From Azolla caroliniana (Eukaryota; Plantae; Polypodiophyta), in contig JBHGNT010000009.1 of assembly GCA_043228905.1 (NCBI GenBank), positions 22,134,001 through 22,198,000 on the forward strand: a stretch of DNA of 64,000 nucleotides, given 5' to 3'. Position numbers and translations under genes: made by a program. The notes beneath the pieces were generated by a model. The model saw only the letters and a list, made by a program, of their open reading frames with translations, searched no databases and was not told where the DNA came from. This document shows positions 13,901 through 24,191 of this stretch, piece after piece; position 1 is the stretch's first letter; the number at the start of each line of letters is the position of its first letter.

Positions 13901-16900
13901 GAAGTCCTAGAGGCCTACTCAGCGACATGTTAATTATGTGTATTGTCCTAAGCAGGGCCTCTGCCCAGAAGCCTTCCGACAATCCGTAGTGTTGGAGCAT
14001 GGAACTATGTGTTCCTGAATTGTCCGATTCATTCGTTTGGCAATTCCATTTTGCTACGGACTATAGGGTGACATATATTCACTTCGAATGCCATGCTGTC
14101 AGCAAAATTTGACGAATTCTTCAAACTTGAACTCTCCTCCATTGTCGGTTTGAAGCCATTTCAACTTTCGACTGGACTGGTTCTCTACCGGAAAAGACTA
14201 AGAACACTTGATCTTTGGTTCTAATCGGATAAGCCCACATCTTTCGAGTTGAGTCCTTAATAAAACTGACGAAGTAGGAGGCACCACCAAGGGACTGATG
14301 TGGCATCGGACCACAAACATCCAAATGGACTAAATCGAGTGGACTGGATACTCTCAGTGTTGGTGTCGGGTGTGATGCGGCTATCTATTTTCCATACTGG
14401 CAATGCTCATAGAATTGATGATCAAAGAAGGAGAGTTTGGGGATGTATCCGGCTCTGGAACTCTGCATTATGTTGGCCTTGCTAAGATGTCTGAGTCGTC
14501 CATGCTATAGCGATGACACAGGAATATCCACCAAGAAAAAGCCACCCTCTCTGAGTGTGACATATAACGGGTACAGAGAATGTACTTTCGGTCCTCAAAC
14601 AAGCAGGAGGTTCCTCCTATGGAGTGTCCACCCTCCTGATGAGAAGCCGGTTTGGATGTCGTCTTCGTCAAGCTGTCTGACTGAGATCAATGGTCTTGAG
14701 AGCTCAAGAACGTGTCAGACGTTGTGTAGTACTAATGTAGAACCACTTGGGAGATTGAGTTCTATAGTGCCTATTCTGATTCCTTAGAGCTGCGAATTTC
14801 CGACTCGGACTGAGTCGGAGTGTCGGGCCGAATACTGCCGAAACTGGGATCTATGAGGGGTCACATGGTAGGGCGCACCCGAATCCAAGGCCATCTACTC
14901 GGTTCCTCAGTCGTAAGCAGAACTTTTGATTCGACTGGGTTTTCAATGGAGAGTATGTTCATGTCATTCGATAATACTTTAGCTGAAGAGACGATGTAAT
15001 TGACCTCCTCATGCTAGTCACTCTTCTGATTAGCTCGTTGAGCCTTATCATTCTTGGCTTTGAGTGCACGACAGTTGACTTTGATGTGCCCTGGTTTCTT
15101 GCAGTAGTTGCATATTCAGTTGTCCCAGGACTTGCTCGGACTTCGCTGATTGTTCGATTGTCGGGAAGAACTTCTTCCTCGATTGTTCGGTTGGTCGGCC
15201 AGACCTTGTACTACGTAAGCTTCATCTGCTGAGTCTTTTGCGAACGACCTTCTCCGAGCTGCTTCAGTCAATATTGCGCTCGTAACTTCGGAGTACTTCA
15301 CAACGGTGGTAGAAGCATTGCACACAGATGTGACGAAAGTTTCCCACGAAGAGGGGAGACTACTCATGAGCTAAACGGGTTCCCACGAAATCTGAGAGCT
15401 TATGCTTTCGTACTCATTTAGGTGTGCCTGGATTGAGTAAGATTCTTTCATCCGAAGGTTGTACAGGCGCCAGATTAGATATACCTTTGTGGCGGCTACC
15501 TTCTTCTCATAGGTGTCTGAGAGTGTCTTCCATAGTTGAAAGATTGTCGAATATGATTGCACTGTGAATCGTAGCGTGGATTATTCTATCCATCTTCTGC
15601 CAGTCAGTCGCCTTGTATCCTTCTAGAGTGTTTTCATTCTCAATTGGATCTATCTGACCCTTGACTATCAGATAGTATTGCATCTGCTCCTTCCAGAATT
15701 TGAAGTTCCGGATGTTGATGCCATCTGTGTCGGCTTGTTAGATTCTGTTTGGAGTTGACTACAAACGGCGGTGGGATGCAACCGACTAGCTCACCCGATA
15801 TTTATCTAGTCAGATTCGAACACAAGTCGAATCGGCTCTCCGAGTTGAACAATCAATTATGTCGATTTGATTTCGTTGCTGATTTCAAGATGTCGATCAC
15901 AAATTTCGTGCCGATTATCCAGGTCGATCCTGCTTCAGGTGACTGCAACGATGAGAGCCACGGAGCTGACTGGTCCTCCCGAATGTTGTTCAACCAAATG
16001 AAGCATGGATTGGGGTTGTTTCCTAGAGTTGGATCTGTTTTTAGAGGTTACAACATATGAGTAGATAGTGTCTAACTTGGTAAAGCACGATCAAGGTAGA
16101 GCTTGTAGAATGAAGGCTCACTCCAAGCGACTACAATCACAGGAGTGAAGTACAACCGGCTGGCTTACTTCAAGAGTAATTTAGACCAATGGACAACAAA
16201 TCTTCAAGGAAAACGAAGCAAGAACGTTGTTGAAGATTGATGACGGTTGGCAACGAATTGAAGAACCTCTGCTCTGGAACCAGATGTTGGGAACTGAGGC
16301 CGTAGTGCGGAAACATAAACAACGCCTTGTGATGAAGATCACTGAGTGTACACGATGGAAGCAAGATTGAAGAATAGGGTGAGAGATAGATAGATAGATA
16401 GATTATATTATCGTCTTCGGAGGTCAAATATGAACTATGAGACCAAAAATATTACATTTCACGTGATACGTGTGAAGGTGAGTAGTGACTCTCGATGTTC
16501 ACGAGCTTTACCAATGAATGTTGCAATCGCGAGTGCACATCGTGGTTGTGAGAGAAATTTGTGCAAGGATTGGGCTCGATCGAAGAGATGTGGAAAGTAT
16601 GGTTGAATATGATCAAAGGCAGAGCATTGTATCAAAGTGTGATACTTAGACTCTCAAACTTGTTTAGGGCAAAGTGTGCATAGTCGGCCACTCTCATCAC
16701 TTGTGCCCCAACGCTGTCGGGATGTTATGCAAATGCGTGTGGAAACGAGGCGGGACCGCGGGGGTCTCGAACCAAAGAGCAAGCAAGGGAGGAGAAAGAG
16801 AGAGAACCGGCTACGCGGGACCGGGGATACGCAGGGACACGGCCCTCAGCACGGAGAACGCGACAGACACCGACACAGACAGACGCGAACGACTAAATAT

Positions 16901-17574
16901 GTATATTAACAAAATGGCTAACACGGCTACAACCCACGACGGGGCACAGGTTGGTTACAACCGAACAGGCCGGCAAACAGATGCTGATGCCTGTTCGCGT
17001 CGACGCACAAACGGGGTAGCAGGTCGGAGGTGCTGCCGGAAGCACTCGGGCGTTCCTCGAAACAGCGCGAGCCTCCTCGGAACCCTGCACAGAAAGCTAT
17101 CGGGCTCAAGGAAGGAAACAGAGAGAGAGAAGCGTCCAGAAACGGTCCGACAGCACTTCGTCCTCTCCGTTCCAGATCCCTGCAACAGCTCTTTCCTGCT
17201 CCTTATATAGGCCGACGAGCAGGCCGTCATGTCAGCTTTATTCCCTGTCCCTTTCGAACAGGGATCCGCTCCGTTCTTCACGCATCCGCGTAGTTACGCC
17301 GCCGAATTGTACAGTTCCTTAGCACGCGCGCGCGACCGAAAAGACTGTTCGCGCGGTCTTTGTCTCCACTTGTGCTAGGGCCCGTTCCTGCCGATTATAC
17401 TCCTAATTCGCTTCTATGTACCACTTGGAGCGTGCGCGCGTGAAGAACCGGTTCCCACGCCTTGGTGCGCCGATTCCGCTTATGGACGGTTTTCTTCACG
17501 ACATCCGCCCCCACCTAACCGCGCATCCTCCGGTATGCGCCAAGAGATTTGGGACGGAGAAAACCGGCCCGTCT

Positions 17575-20500
17575 TCATTCCTCGCCCGTCGGTTCTTCCT
17601 CGTTTCCGGATCGTTCGTCACTGCTGACTAGGAGAGCCGGGTCCGGCTCGTCGTCATGTCGCTTCTTGAACGCTTTGATCCGCTTCCCTGCAACCGGTAT
17701 CGCCACTCTCGTGCCGTCAAGTTCCGCCAGGTGATATGTCCCGTTGTCATTGGCGCTCCGTACCACGTAAGGCCCGAACCACCTTCGTGCGAACTTCCGT
17801 GTGGCTCGGTGCTGGTTGTCGAGGCTGCTGTCGTAGACGAGCACCCAGTCACCTTCTTCGATCTTCTTCGGTCGGAGCCGGTGCGTTCGGTCGAACCTGG
17901 CTTTGTTCTTTGCCCTCGCCACCCGGAGCCTTTCCGTAGCCAGTTCCACGTCCTCCGGTCTCCGCTCGAGCTGTTGTATACGCGCGGCCAACAACTCCTC
18001 CCGGCTCATCTCGTCCCTCCAGGCGACCGTCGCCCACGAGGAGATCGTCCGTTCCATCGGCATGACCGGCTTCTGGCCGAACATGAGCTCCGTCGGCATG
18101 TACCCGGTTACCGAACTGTGCGTGGTTCGGTCTGCCCACAAGGCATAAGGTAGCAGCCGCGGCCAGTTACCGACTTGGCCTCCGCATGCCCGAACCAACG
18201 CCTTGACGATCGGCCCGTGTCCGCGCTCCACCTTCCCATTCGCCTCCGGATTGTACGCAGTGGTGAGCGAGAGCTTGACTCCCAGCCGGTCGAACAGCTC
18301 CGCGGCTTCTTCGGCGTCCAACTCCCCTCGGTCAGCCACGATCTTCCCGACGCACCCGTACCGGCATATCACGTCCTCGATTAGGAACCGGCATACGGCC
18401 GCGGTCGTTTTGTTCGGAAGGGCCCGGCCTTCCACCTGGTTCGTCAGATCCTCCCGCGCTAGGACCAGGTACCGCATCTGTCCTACTCCCATTGGCATCG
18501 TTACCAGATCTACCATCCATTTGAAGTGGATGGTCGGAGGGTACGTGGGGTGAAGCTCGTCCCGATGTCGGACTATGGAGTGCATCTGACAGCTCTCGCA
18601 AGTTGTCACGAACCGATGCACGTCCTGGTACTGCCCCGGCCACCAATACTTCCCCTTCAGTTTCTCAAACGTAGCCCATGTTCCACGGTGTCCAGCCCAA
18701 TGGCTGTCGTGGTAGGCCGTCAGCAGCTCCTCCTGTTCTTCCTTCATCGCCACCACCCGGAGCGGGACGCCGTTCCTCCTCTTCGGGTGCTTCCACAAGT
18801 ATCCGTCCCGGAGAAAGAACCGGTACGCTTTCCTCCGGATCCGGTTGGCCTCGTCCTTCGTCCATGACGCATCGGGCGTCATTGTCTTCAAAAACCCACC
18901 GATCTGCAGCCACTCCCCGTCGTACTTGCTCGCGTCGAAGTCGTTAAGCGCCGGAGTGCTTGTCCCGCCGGTTGTTACATACGCAGTCTCGAAGAAGTCC
19001 ACGCCGACCTCTTCGTCCTCCGAGACCATGCCTCCCTCGTCCTCGAATCTCGCTCTTGAAAGCATGTCGGCCATGGCGTTGTCTTTCCCGGAAATGTGTC
19101 GTATTACCGGGTCTAGGGACTTGATGTACGCTATCCACCTGAGCATTGCCAGGTCCGGCGTCGCGCACCCGGAAACCATGCCGAGAATCGGCAAGCAATC
19201 CGTCTCTATGATTACCTCCGTCCCGATCAGATAGTCCTTGTCGGCCTTCACCGCCGAAACGATACCCCAGAGTTCGCGTTTAACCTGGGCGTATCCTCGC
19301 TGCCGTTCGCTGAGGACCTTCGCGCCGAATCGGATCGGAAACCGATTGCCGTCCTCGTCTTCTTGGTTGACGACCCACCCGATTCCGGTCGGACTCGTGT
19401 CAACCGTTATGTACACTGGGGTGTCCTTCCCGTAGACAGCCTTTCGGAGCGCCGGTGCTGCCGAAAGAGCCTCCTTCAGCTTCCGGACCGACTCCGCGTG
19501 CTTGTCTAGCCATTCGAATCTTCGCCTTTTTTTCAATAATCCGTACAGTGGCTCCGCGACGTGCGCGTAATGCGGGATCCATATGTGGTAGAAGGCGCAT
19601 GCTCCCAAGAATCTTCGTACTTCCGTGACCGAGCTGCAGTCAGGCTTCATCGCGGAGATGGCCTCTACCTTTGCCGGAGACGGTTTCCGGCCATATGGCC
19701 CGCACAAATGTCCGACCACCATGATTTCCGACTGCCCGAAGGCAGACTTCTCCCCCGAGAAGGTGAGCCTCGCATCCTCTAGCCTTTGCAGCACCTTCTC
19801 ACAGTCGTCGATGTGCATTACCACGAATCGCCGGCATCCGTCCGGCCCGACCGTCTCGTCCTTCTCTTCTACCGGGCATCCCTTGATCGGGATGTCGTCT
19901 AGAAACGGCATGGTGATGTCCGGGATGCAGTCCCTCAGTACCTTGTTCATTGCATTCACCATGTGGGCCACCGAGTTGGTCCCTCCTTGCGGCAGCGTAC
20001 ACATCCGCACTAGGCCGAGGGGAGTTCGCATCGTCGTAATGTCTCTGCTTTCCACGGCTAGCTGGAACTGGTCGTACCCTGAGTATAGATCACCGACCGA
20101 GTAAATCGACCTCCCGGCGAAGGCCTCCGCGAACTCGTCTATGGTCGGTCCGATCCCTGCGTTCCGAATGGTCACTCTATTGACCGGCTGCAGGTCCTGA
20201 ATGAAGCGCAATGATCCGTTTTTCTTTGGCACGGTAAACCAGCGGTTTGAATACGGGGCGCTCGACGGCTCGAGAATGCCCATATCAACTTTCTGCTTCA
20301 ACAGCTCCATCAACTTCGGGAGGTGAGCTCTCGGAACCGAAATTGGCTTGAGATTCCACGGTACATGCGGTACCGTGAATATCACCATCGGCTCTACGAT
20401 CGTCGGGTCCACGCACCCGATTTCCTCCGGTGAGAATGCGAAGGCTTTCCCGTGCCTTCCGAGCATTCTCCGGAACCGGTCTTCCTCCGCCGGCAGTAGG

Positions 20501-21063
20501 AACCCGCCCCCACCGATCTTCAGCTCTCGGAGCGTCTCGTTGGTGAAGGTGTGTCCTATGCAGGCCGGATCTCGTAAGCTGGGGTCCGATGCAACCCCTT
20601 TGATTCGGGATTCGCTGCCCTCCGGTAAGGGCGCCGCAACTGGCCTCACCTTCCGGTCCACCGTCTTGTACTTGGTGCTTACTCGGGCCGTCCGTTCCGA
20701 CTCGAGCCCTCGACCGAAGTCCGCGATGACTTCGTACATTTCTTCGGAACATACCGGTATCGTCCGGTCCTCGTTAAGGTCTTCTTCGACTACCTTCCCC
20801 AGCATTCCCAAGGTGTCGTCGAAAGAGACTGCCTCCACGGCTCCGTTGATTCCTTCGTCAGGGCCGAGAACTCCGCGCGCCCGAAGTCTCCCCTCCATCT
20901 TTGTTTTCTCTCGGCCGGTGATGCCGACCATCGTACATGCTCCGCTGTCGGAGAAGCAAAATTTCCTACCTATTGTACACGGTTTTATCGTACAGATGTG
21001 GGGTTTTCCCGGAGCATCCGGACTGTCGCGGCCCCACGCCTTGGCAGTCCTCTCTAAAAATCC
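17575..21063 (-). CDS. pol: Pol ORF2 (RT-RNase H-integrase), probably reached by -1 frameshift
   Basis: RT (DLYSGYDQF, LPQGGTNS, PFLDD), RH (VDTSPTGIG, KRELWG, TDC, NAMADMLSR), INT (H-x6-H/CESC zinc finger, D-D-E, WFGPY); no chromodomain. Frame stays open upstream of ATG 20931 to 21093, overlapping the end of gag in the -1 frame. Confidence 0.93.
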   Translation of the reverse strand, partial: GFLERTAKAWGRDSPDAPGKPHICTIKPCTIGRKFCFSDSGACTMVGITGREKTKMEGRLRARGVLGPDEGINGAVEAVSFDDTLGMLGKVVEEDLNEDRTIPVCSEEMYEVIADFGRGLESERTARVSTKYKTVDRKVRPVAAPLPEGSESRIKGVASDPSLRDPACIGHTFTNETLRELKIGGGGFLLPAEEDRFRRMLGRHGKAFAFSPEEIGCVDPTIVEPMVIFTVPHVPWNLKPISVPRAHLPKLMELLKQKVDMGILEPSSAPYSNRWFTVPKKNGSLRFIQDLQPVNRVTIRNAGIGPTIDEFAEAFAGRSIYSVGDLYSGYDQFQLAVESRDITTMRTPLGLVRMCTLPQGGTNSVAHMVNAMNKVLRDCIPDITMPFLDDIPIKGCPVEEKDETVGPDGCRRFVVMHIDDCEKVLQRLEDARLTFSGEKSAFGQSEIMVVGHLCGPYGRKPSPAKVEAISAMKPDCSSVTEVRRFLGACAFYHIWIPHYAHVAEPLYGLLKKRRRFEWLDKHAESVRKLKEALSAAPALRKAVYGKDTPVYITVDTSPTGIGWVVNQEDEDGNRFPIRFGAKVLSERQRGYAQVKRELWGIVSAVKADKDYLIGTEVIIETDCLPILGMVSGCATPDLAMLRWIAYIKSLDPVIRHISGKDNAMADMLSRARFEDEGGMVSEDEEVGVDFFETAYVTTGGTSTPALNDFDASKYDGEWLQIGGFLKTMTPDASWTKDEANRIRRKAYRFFLRDGYLWKHPKRRNGVPLRVVAMKEEQEELLTAYHDSHWAGHRGTWATFEKLKGKYWWPGQYQDVHRFVTTCESCQMHSIVRHRDELHPTYPPTIHFKWMVDLVTMPMGVGQMRYLVLAREDLTNQVEGRALPNKTTAAVCRFLIEDVICRYGCVGKIVADRGELDAEEAAELFDRLGVKLSLTTAYNPEANGKVERGHGPIVKALVRACGGQVGNWPRLLPYALWADRTTHSSVTGYMPTELMFGQKPVMPMERTISSWATVAWRDEMSREELLAARIQQLERRPEDVELATERLRVARAKNKARFDRTHRLRPKKIEEGDWVLVYDSSLDNQHRATRKFARRWFGPYVVRSANDNGTYHLAELDGTRVAIPVAGKRIKAFKKRHDDEPDPALLVSSDERSGNEEEPTGEE
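20998..21063 (-). promoter_or_regulatory. Putative -1 programmed ribosomal frameshift signal (slippery heptamer + H-type pseudoknot)
   Basis: Minus strand G GAT TTT (21063-21057), 6-nt spacer TAGAGA, stem 1 GGACTG (21050-45)/CAGTCC (21025-20), stem 2 GTGGGG (21037-32)/CCCCAC (21003-20998). Confidence 0.8.
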
Positions 21064-21065
21064 TC

Positions 21066-23180
21066 TCAGTTTTCGGAACCGAGGGAGTCGCGGTTACGTT
21101 CGTGGTTCGGCCTTACCGTCAGAAACTGGACCGAATGGTGCCCGTCTTGGCTTTTGACCCTCGCGTAGGCCGAACCATTGTCCAGCACTTTGGTCTCCAT
21201 TCGCGCCGCTGTGATGTACGGCTCTCCCAGAATGACCGGATGCGAAGACGTCTCCTGCACGAAGAAGTGCTGGTCAATCTCGACGTCGCCGATCTTGACT
21301 CGCACATTCGGACAGGCCCCGTGCAGTTCCTCGGTGGCGCGCGTCGCTGCCCTTATTTTCCACCCGTGCTTGGTGTTGATCGGCCATTTGCCCTTCTTAT
21401 AGAAGTCCATGGACATCAAATTGATCTCCGATCCGTGGTCCACCAAAGCTATCACCTGTTCCTGGACATCGCCGATCTTCACCGGGGTTTCCGTGGTCGC
21501 TCGGGCCCAGTGTGGTCTCGAATAGTGGCTTTCCGCCCACTCGTCTCCCAGCGCCATGTCGTCTAGGTGCGTCGTCCGCACTTCCACCGGTCTTTCCGGT
21601 TCTGTCTCCGTCGACAGCCTCTTCCGTTTCACCAAGTCCACGATGGAGTCGTGGAACTCCTTCTTGGCGATTCCCAGCACCTCTCGTAACGACAGCTCCA
21701 CCTTGCTGTTGAGGATCCGTTCCTCCAGGACCTTTCGTAAGTCCGTGGTCCTTTCTATCTCCGTCCCCAGACGGTACCCGCCCTTCTGGGGTTTATCTTG
21801 CGTACCGGCCCCGCCGGCTTCGTCCCGTCGTGGCCTGGACCGGGTCTCGTATCGTTGTGAGGGCCCGGTCGTCCCGGGTCTCCCCACCCGCTTCTCTTCT
21901 ACCAGAGCCTCGTAGTTCTGGCAAGCGGCTTCCACGAAGCCCGTCCTTTCCTCGACCGGGTCGCTCCACCCGGTCATCTCCCGTACCCGTTTCTCCGCAC
22001 GGTCCGATTCCTCCCCTTTAAGCCTTGCACCGGCAAGGCCTTCCAGCATCGTCGGCCAGAATCCGGCTTTGCTTTCCCTTCGGGCCTCGCCGCCCCCGAC
22101 TCGAATGCCGGCCGACGCCGAGTAGTGGACGGTTTCCGCGTGTCGGGCCGCCGCCTCTTCCATCAACCCTTTCATACCACCTTTTCCGTCGTTTCGGCTC
22201 AGGGCCCTTCGGGTGTCGCTGGCATGCACCCGTCCTTCCCACAGGTACACCACCCTGTCCCTCAGCGCCTCCGCGAAGTCGCCGCAGTCCTTCCGAATGT
22301 GGCCGACTTCATCGCACCACATGCACCTGTTTCCTGCCGCCGGCCGTCGGTCACGAGCCGGTTCGCCTCCTTCCCTTCGAGCCTGCGCGATTTGGAGGTC
22401 CTTTATCGCCTTCGTCAATTCCTCCAGCGCCGCTCCTCCGGTTGAGCCTCTGACTACGCCGGTCGAAGCCGAACCGGTTTCCAACCACCCCCGGGTCTCT
22501 TCCTTGCGCACCTGTGGCGCTGGTTCGAGCTTCCTCGCTGCGACCGAGCCCGACCCGGTCGCCCCGTTATCCGCCCATTCTCGCCGTTTGTCGAAACGGC
22601 CACAGACCTTCCTGACAGCCGCCCAGTCGGTAGTGAGCCCGTCTTCGGTTTCCAGCAAGAGGCCCACTTGCTCCCGATCCCGCTCGTCGACCGACTTGAC
22701 AAACAGCAAGACCCGGCTCGTGTCCAGGATGGTTCGGTCGAGCGCCGAAAGGCGCGCAAAGTTTTCCTCGAACTCCCGGAGGAGCGCCGACGCGTTTCTT
22801 CCCTTCCCCGGGGACTCCACCCATTCCATGAACCTTCGCTTCGAAAGCCGGAGCGCGTCGTCCAGCCCGTATTTCTCTAGGAGCCGACCTTCGAACTCCT
22901 CCCAGGTATGGCTCTCCGCCCGCACCTCGAGCACCTCCGCATGGATGCTCGGCATCGCCACTCGGGGAAATCCGGCAAGACGCCTTTCTTCCGGAATGTC
23001 CCGCATCAGCATCTCTGCACCGTAGGACGCCAAATACTTCGTGGCATCCTTCCCATCGAACCGGCCGATCGTGCCGACGACCGCCTCAATAGCTCTATCG
23101 AGGGCACCGGTGCTCTCGCGCGCGTTTACAATCCGATCCACGGCCGAAGCCATGGCCTCTGCGAGATCCGACCCCCTCAT
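21066..23180 (-). CDS. gag: Gag-protease ORF1
   Basis: First ATG at 23180 (ORF track starts at GTG 23207 inside the PBS); CCHC knuckle CMWCDEVGHIRKDC; aspartic protease ALVDHGSEINLM...VILGEPY; ends TGA at 21066-21068. Confidence 0.9.
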   Translation of the reverse strand: MRGSDLAEAMASAVDRIVNARESTGALDRAIEAVVGTIGRFDGKDATKYLASYGAEMLMRDIPEERRLAGFPRVAMPSIHAEVLEVRAESHTWEEFEGRLLEKYGLDDALRLSKRRFMEWVESPGKGRNASALLREFEENFARLSALDRTILDTSRVLLFVKSVDERDREQVGLLLETEDGLTTDWAAVRKVCGRFDKRREWADNGATGSGSVAARKLEPAPQVRKEETRGWLETGSASTGVVRGSTGGAALEELTKAIKDLQIAQARREGGEPARDRRPAAGNRCMWCDEVGHIRKDCGDFAEALRDRVVYLWEGRVHASDTRRALSRNDGKGGMKGLMEEAAARHAETVHYSASAGIRVGGGEARRESKAGFWPTMLEGLAGARLKGEESDRAEKRVREMTGWSDPVEERTGFVEAACQNYEALVEEKRVGRPGTTGPSQRYETRSRPRRDEAGGAGTQDKPQKGGYRLGTEIERTTDLRKVLEERILNSKVELSLREVLGIAKKEFHDSIVDLVKRKRLSTETEPERPVEVRTTHLDDMALGDEWAESHYSRPHWARATTETPVKIGDVQEQVIALVDHGSEINLMSMDFYKKGKWPINTKHGWKIRAATRATEELHGACPNVRVKIGDVEIDQHFFVQETSSHPVILGEPYITAARMETKVLDNGSAYARVKSQDGHHSVQFLTVRPNHERNRDSLGSEN

Positions 23181-23202
23181 CTTCTGCTCTTCTGCCGCCT
23201 CT

Positions 23203-23220
23203 TTCACGTCGGGTTCACCA
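23203..23220 (-). promoter_or_regulatory. Primer-binding site complementary to tRNA-Trp
   Basis: Plus strand TTCACGTCGGGTTCACCA matches the plant cytosolic tRNA-Trp 3' end as I recall it, including CCA; 4 nt from the 5' LTR. Confidence 0.85.
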
Positions 23221-23710
23221 AAGATGTCGGGATGTTATGCAAATGCGTGTGGAAACGAGGCGGGACCGCGGGGGTCTCGAACCAAAGAGCAAGCAAGGGA
23301 GGAGAAAGAGAGAGAACCGGCTACGCGGGACCGGGGATACGCAGGGACACGGCCCTCAGCACGGAGAACGCGACAGACACCGACACAGACAGACGCGAAC
23401 GACTAAATATGTATATTAACAAAATGGCTAACACGGCTACAACCCACGACGGGGCACAGGTTGGTTACAACCGAACAGGCCGGCGAACAGATGCCGATGC
23501 CTGTTCGCGTCGACGCACAAACGGGGTAGCAGGTCGGAGGTGCTGCCGGAAGCACTCGGGCGTTCCTCGAAACAGCGCGAGCCTCCTCGGAACCCTGCAC
23601 AGAAAGCTATCGGGCTCAAGGAAGGAAACAGAGAGAGAGAAGCGTCCAGAAACGGTCCGACAGCACTTCGTCCTCTCCGTTCCAGATCCCTGCAACAGCT
23701 CTTTCCTGCT

Positions 23711-23721
23711 CCTTATATAGG
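23711..23721 (-). promoter_or_regulatory. TATA box in the 5' LTR of the young gypsy
   Basis: CCTATATAAGG on the minus strand, same at 17201-17211 in the 3' LTR. Confidence 0.6.
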
Positions 23722-24129
23722 CCGACGAGCAGGCCGTCATGTCAGCTTTATTCCCTGTCCCTTTCGAACAGGGATCCGCTCCGTTCTTCACGCATCCGCG
23801 TAGTTACGCCGCCGAATCGTACAGTTCCTTAGCACGCGCGCGCGACCGAAAAGACTGTTCGCGCGGTCTTTGTCTCCACTTGTGCTAGGGCCCGTTCCTG
23901 CCGATTATACTCCTAATTCGCTTCTATGTACCACTTGGAGCGTGCGCGCGTGAAGAACCGGTTCCCACGCCTTGGTGCGCCGATTCCGCTTATGGACGGT
24001 TTTCTTCACGACAACGCCCCCTCTCACATCTCAATGCGTGCGAACTAAGTCGCATGGAAGCAATGGTTTGAATGGCAGATATCGAGATGGGCTCTTTCAT
24101 GTATCGATGTGTACGGCTTCCCCGTTCCG

Positions 24130-24191
<62 letters not shown>

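Larger units (their letters stand above)
16715..24013 (-). mobile_element. Young, near-intact non-chromovirus Ty3/gypsy LTR retrotransposon
   Basis: 789-bp LTRs TGTCGGGAT...CACGACA at 16715-17503 and 23225-24013 with only 3 mismatches spotted by eye; 4-bp TSD ACGC; tRNA-Trp PBS; G-rich PPT (17504-17520, minus); uninterrupted gag-PR and RT-RH-INT ORFs. Confidence 0.97.
16385..24132 (-). mobile_element. ~445-bp insert (16385-16714 + 24018-24132) with (TATC)n tail inside the (GA)n tract of the copia LTR; putative SINE or truncated non-LTR retroposon
   Basis: Absent from the sister copia LTR (11316-11650); bounded by (GATA)n at 16385-16403 and (AG)27 at 24133-24186; split by the young gypsy. Confidence 0.55.

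Noticed and set aside
17416-23803. Many plus-strand ORFs (up to 270 aa) over the young gypsy
   Set aside because: Antisense shadows of GC-rich gag/pol and LTR sequence; no recognisable domains
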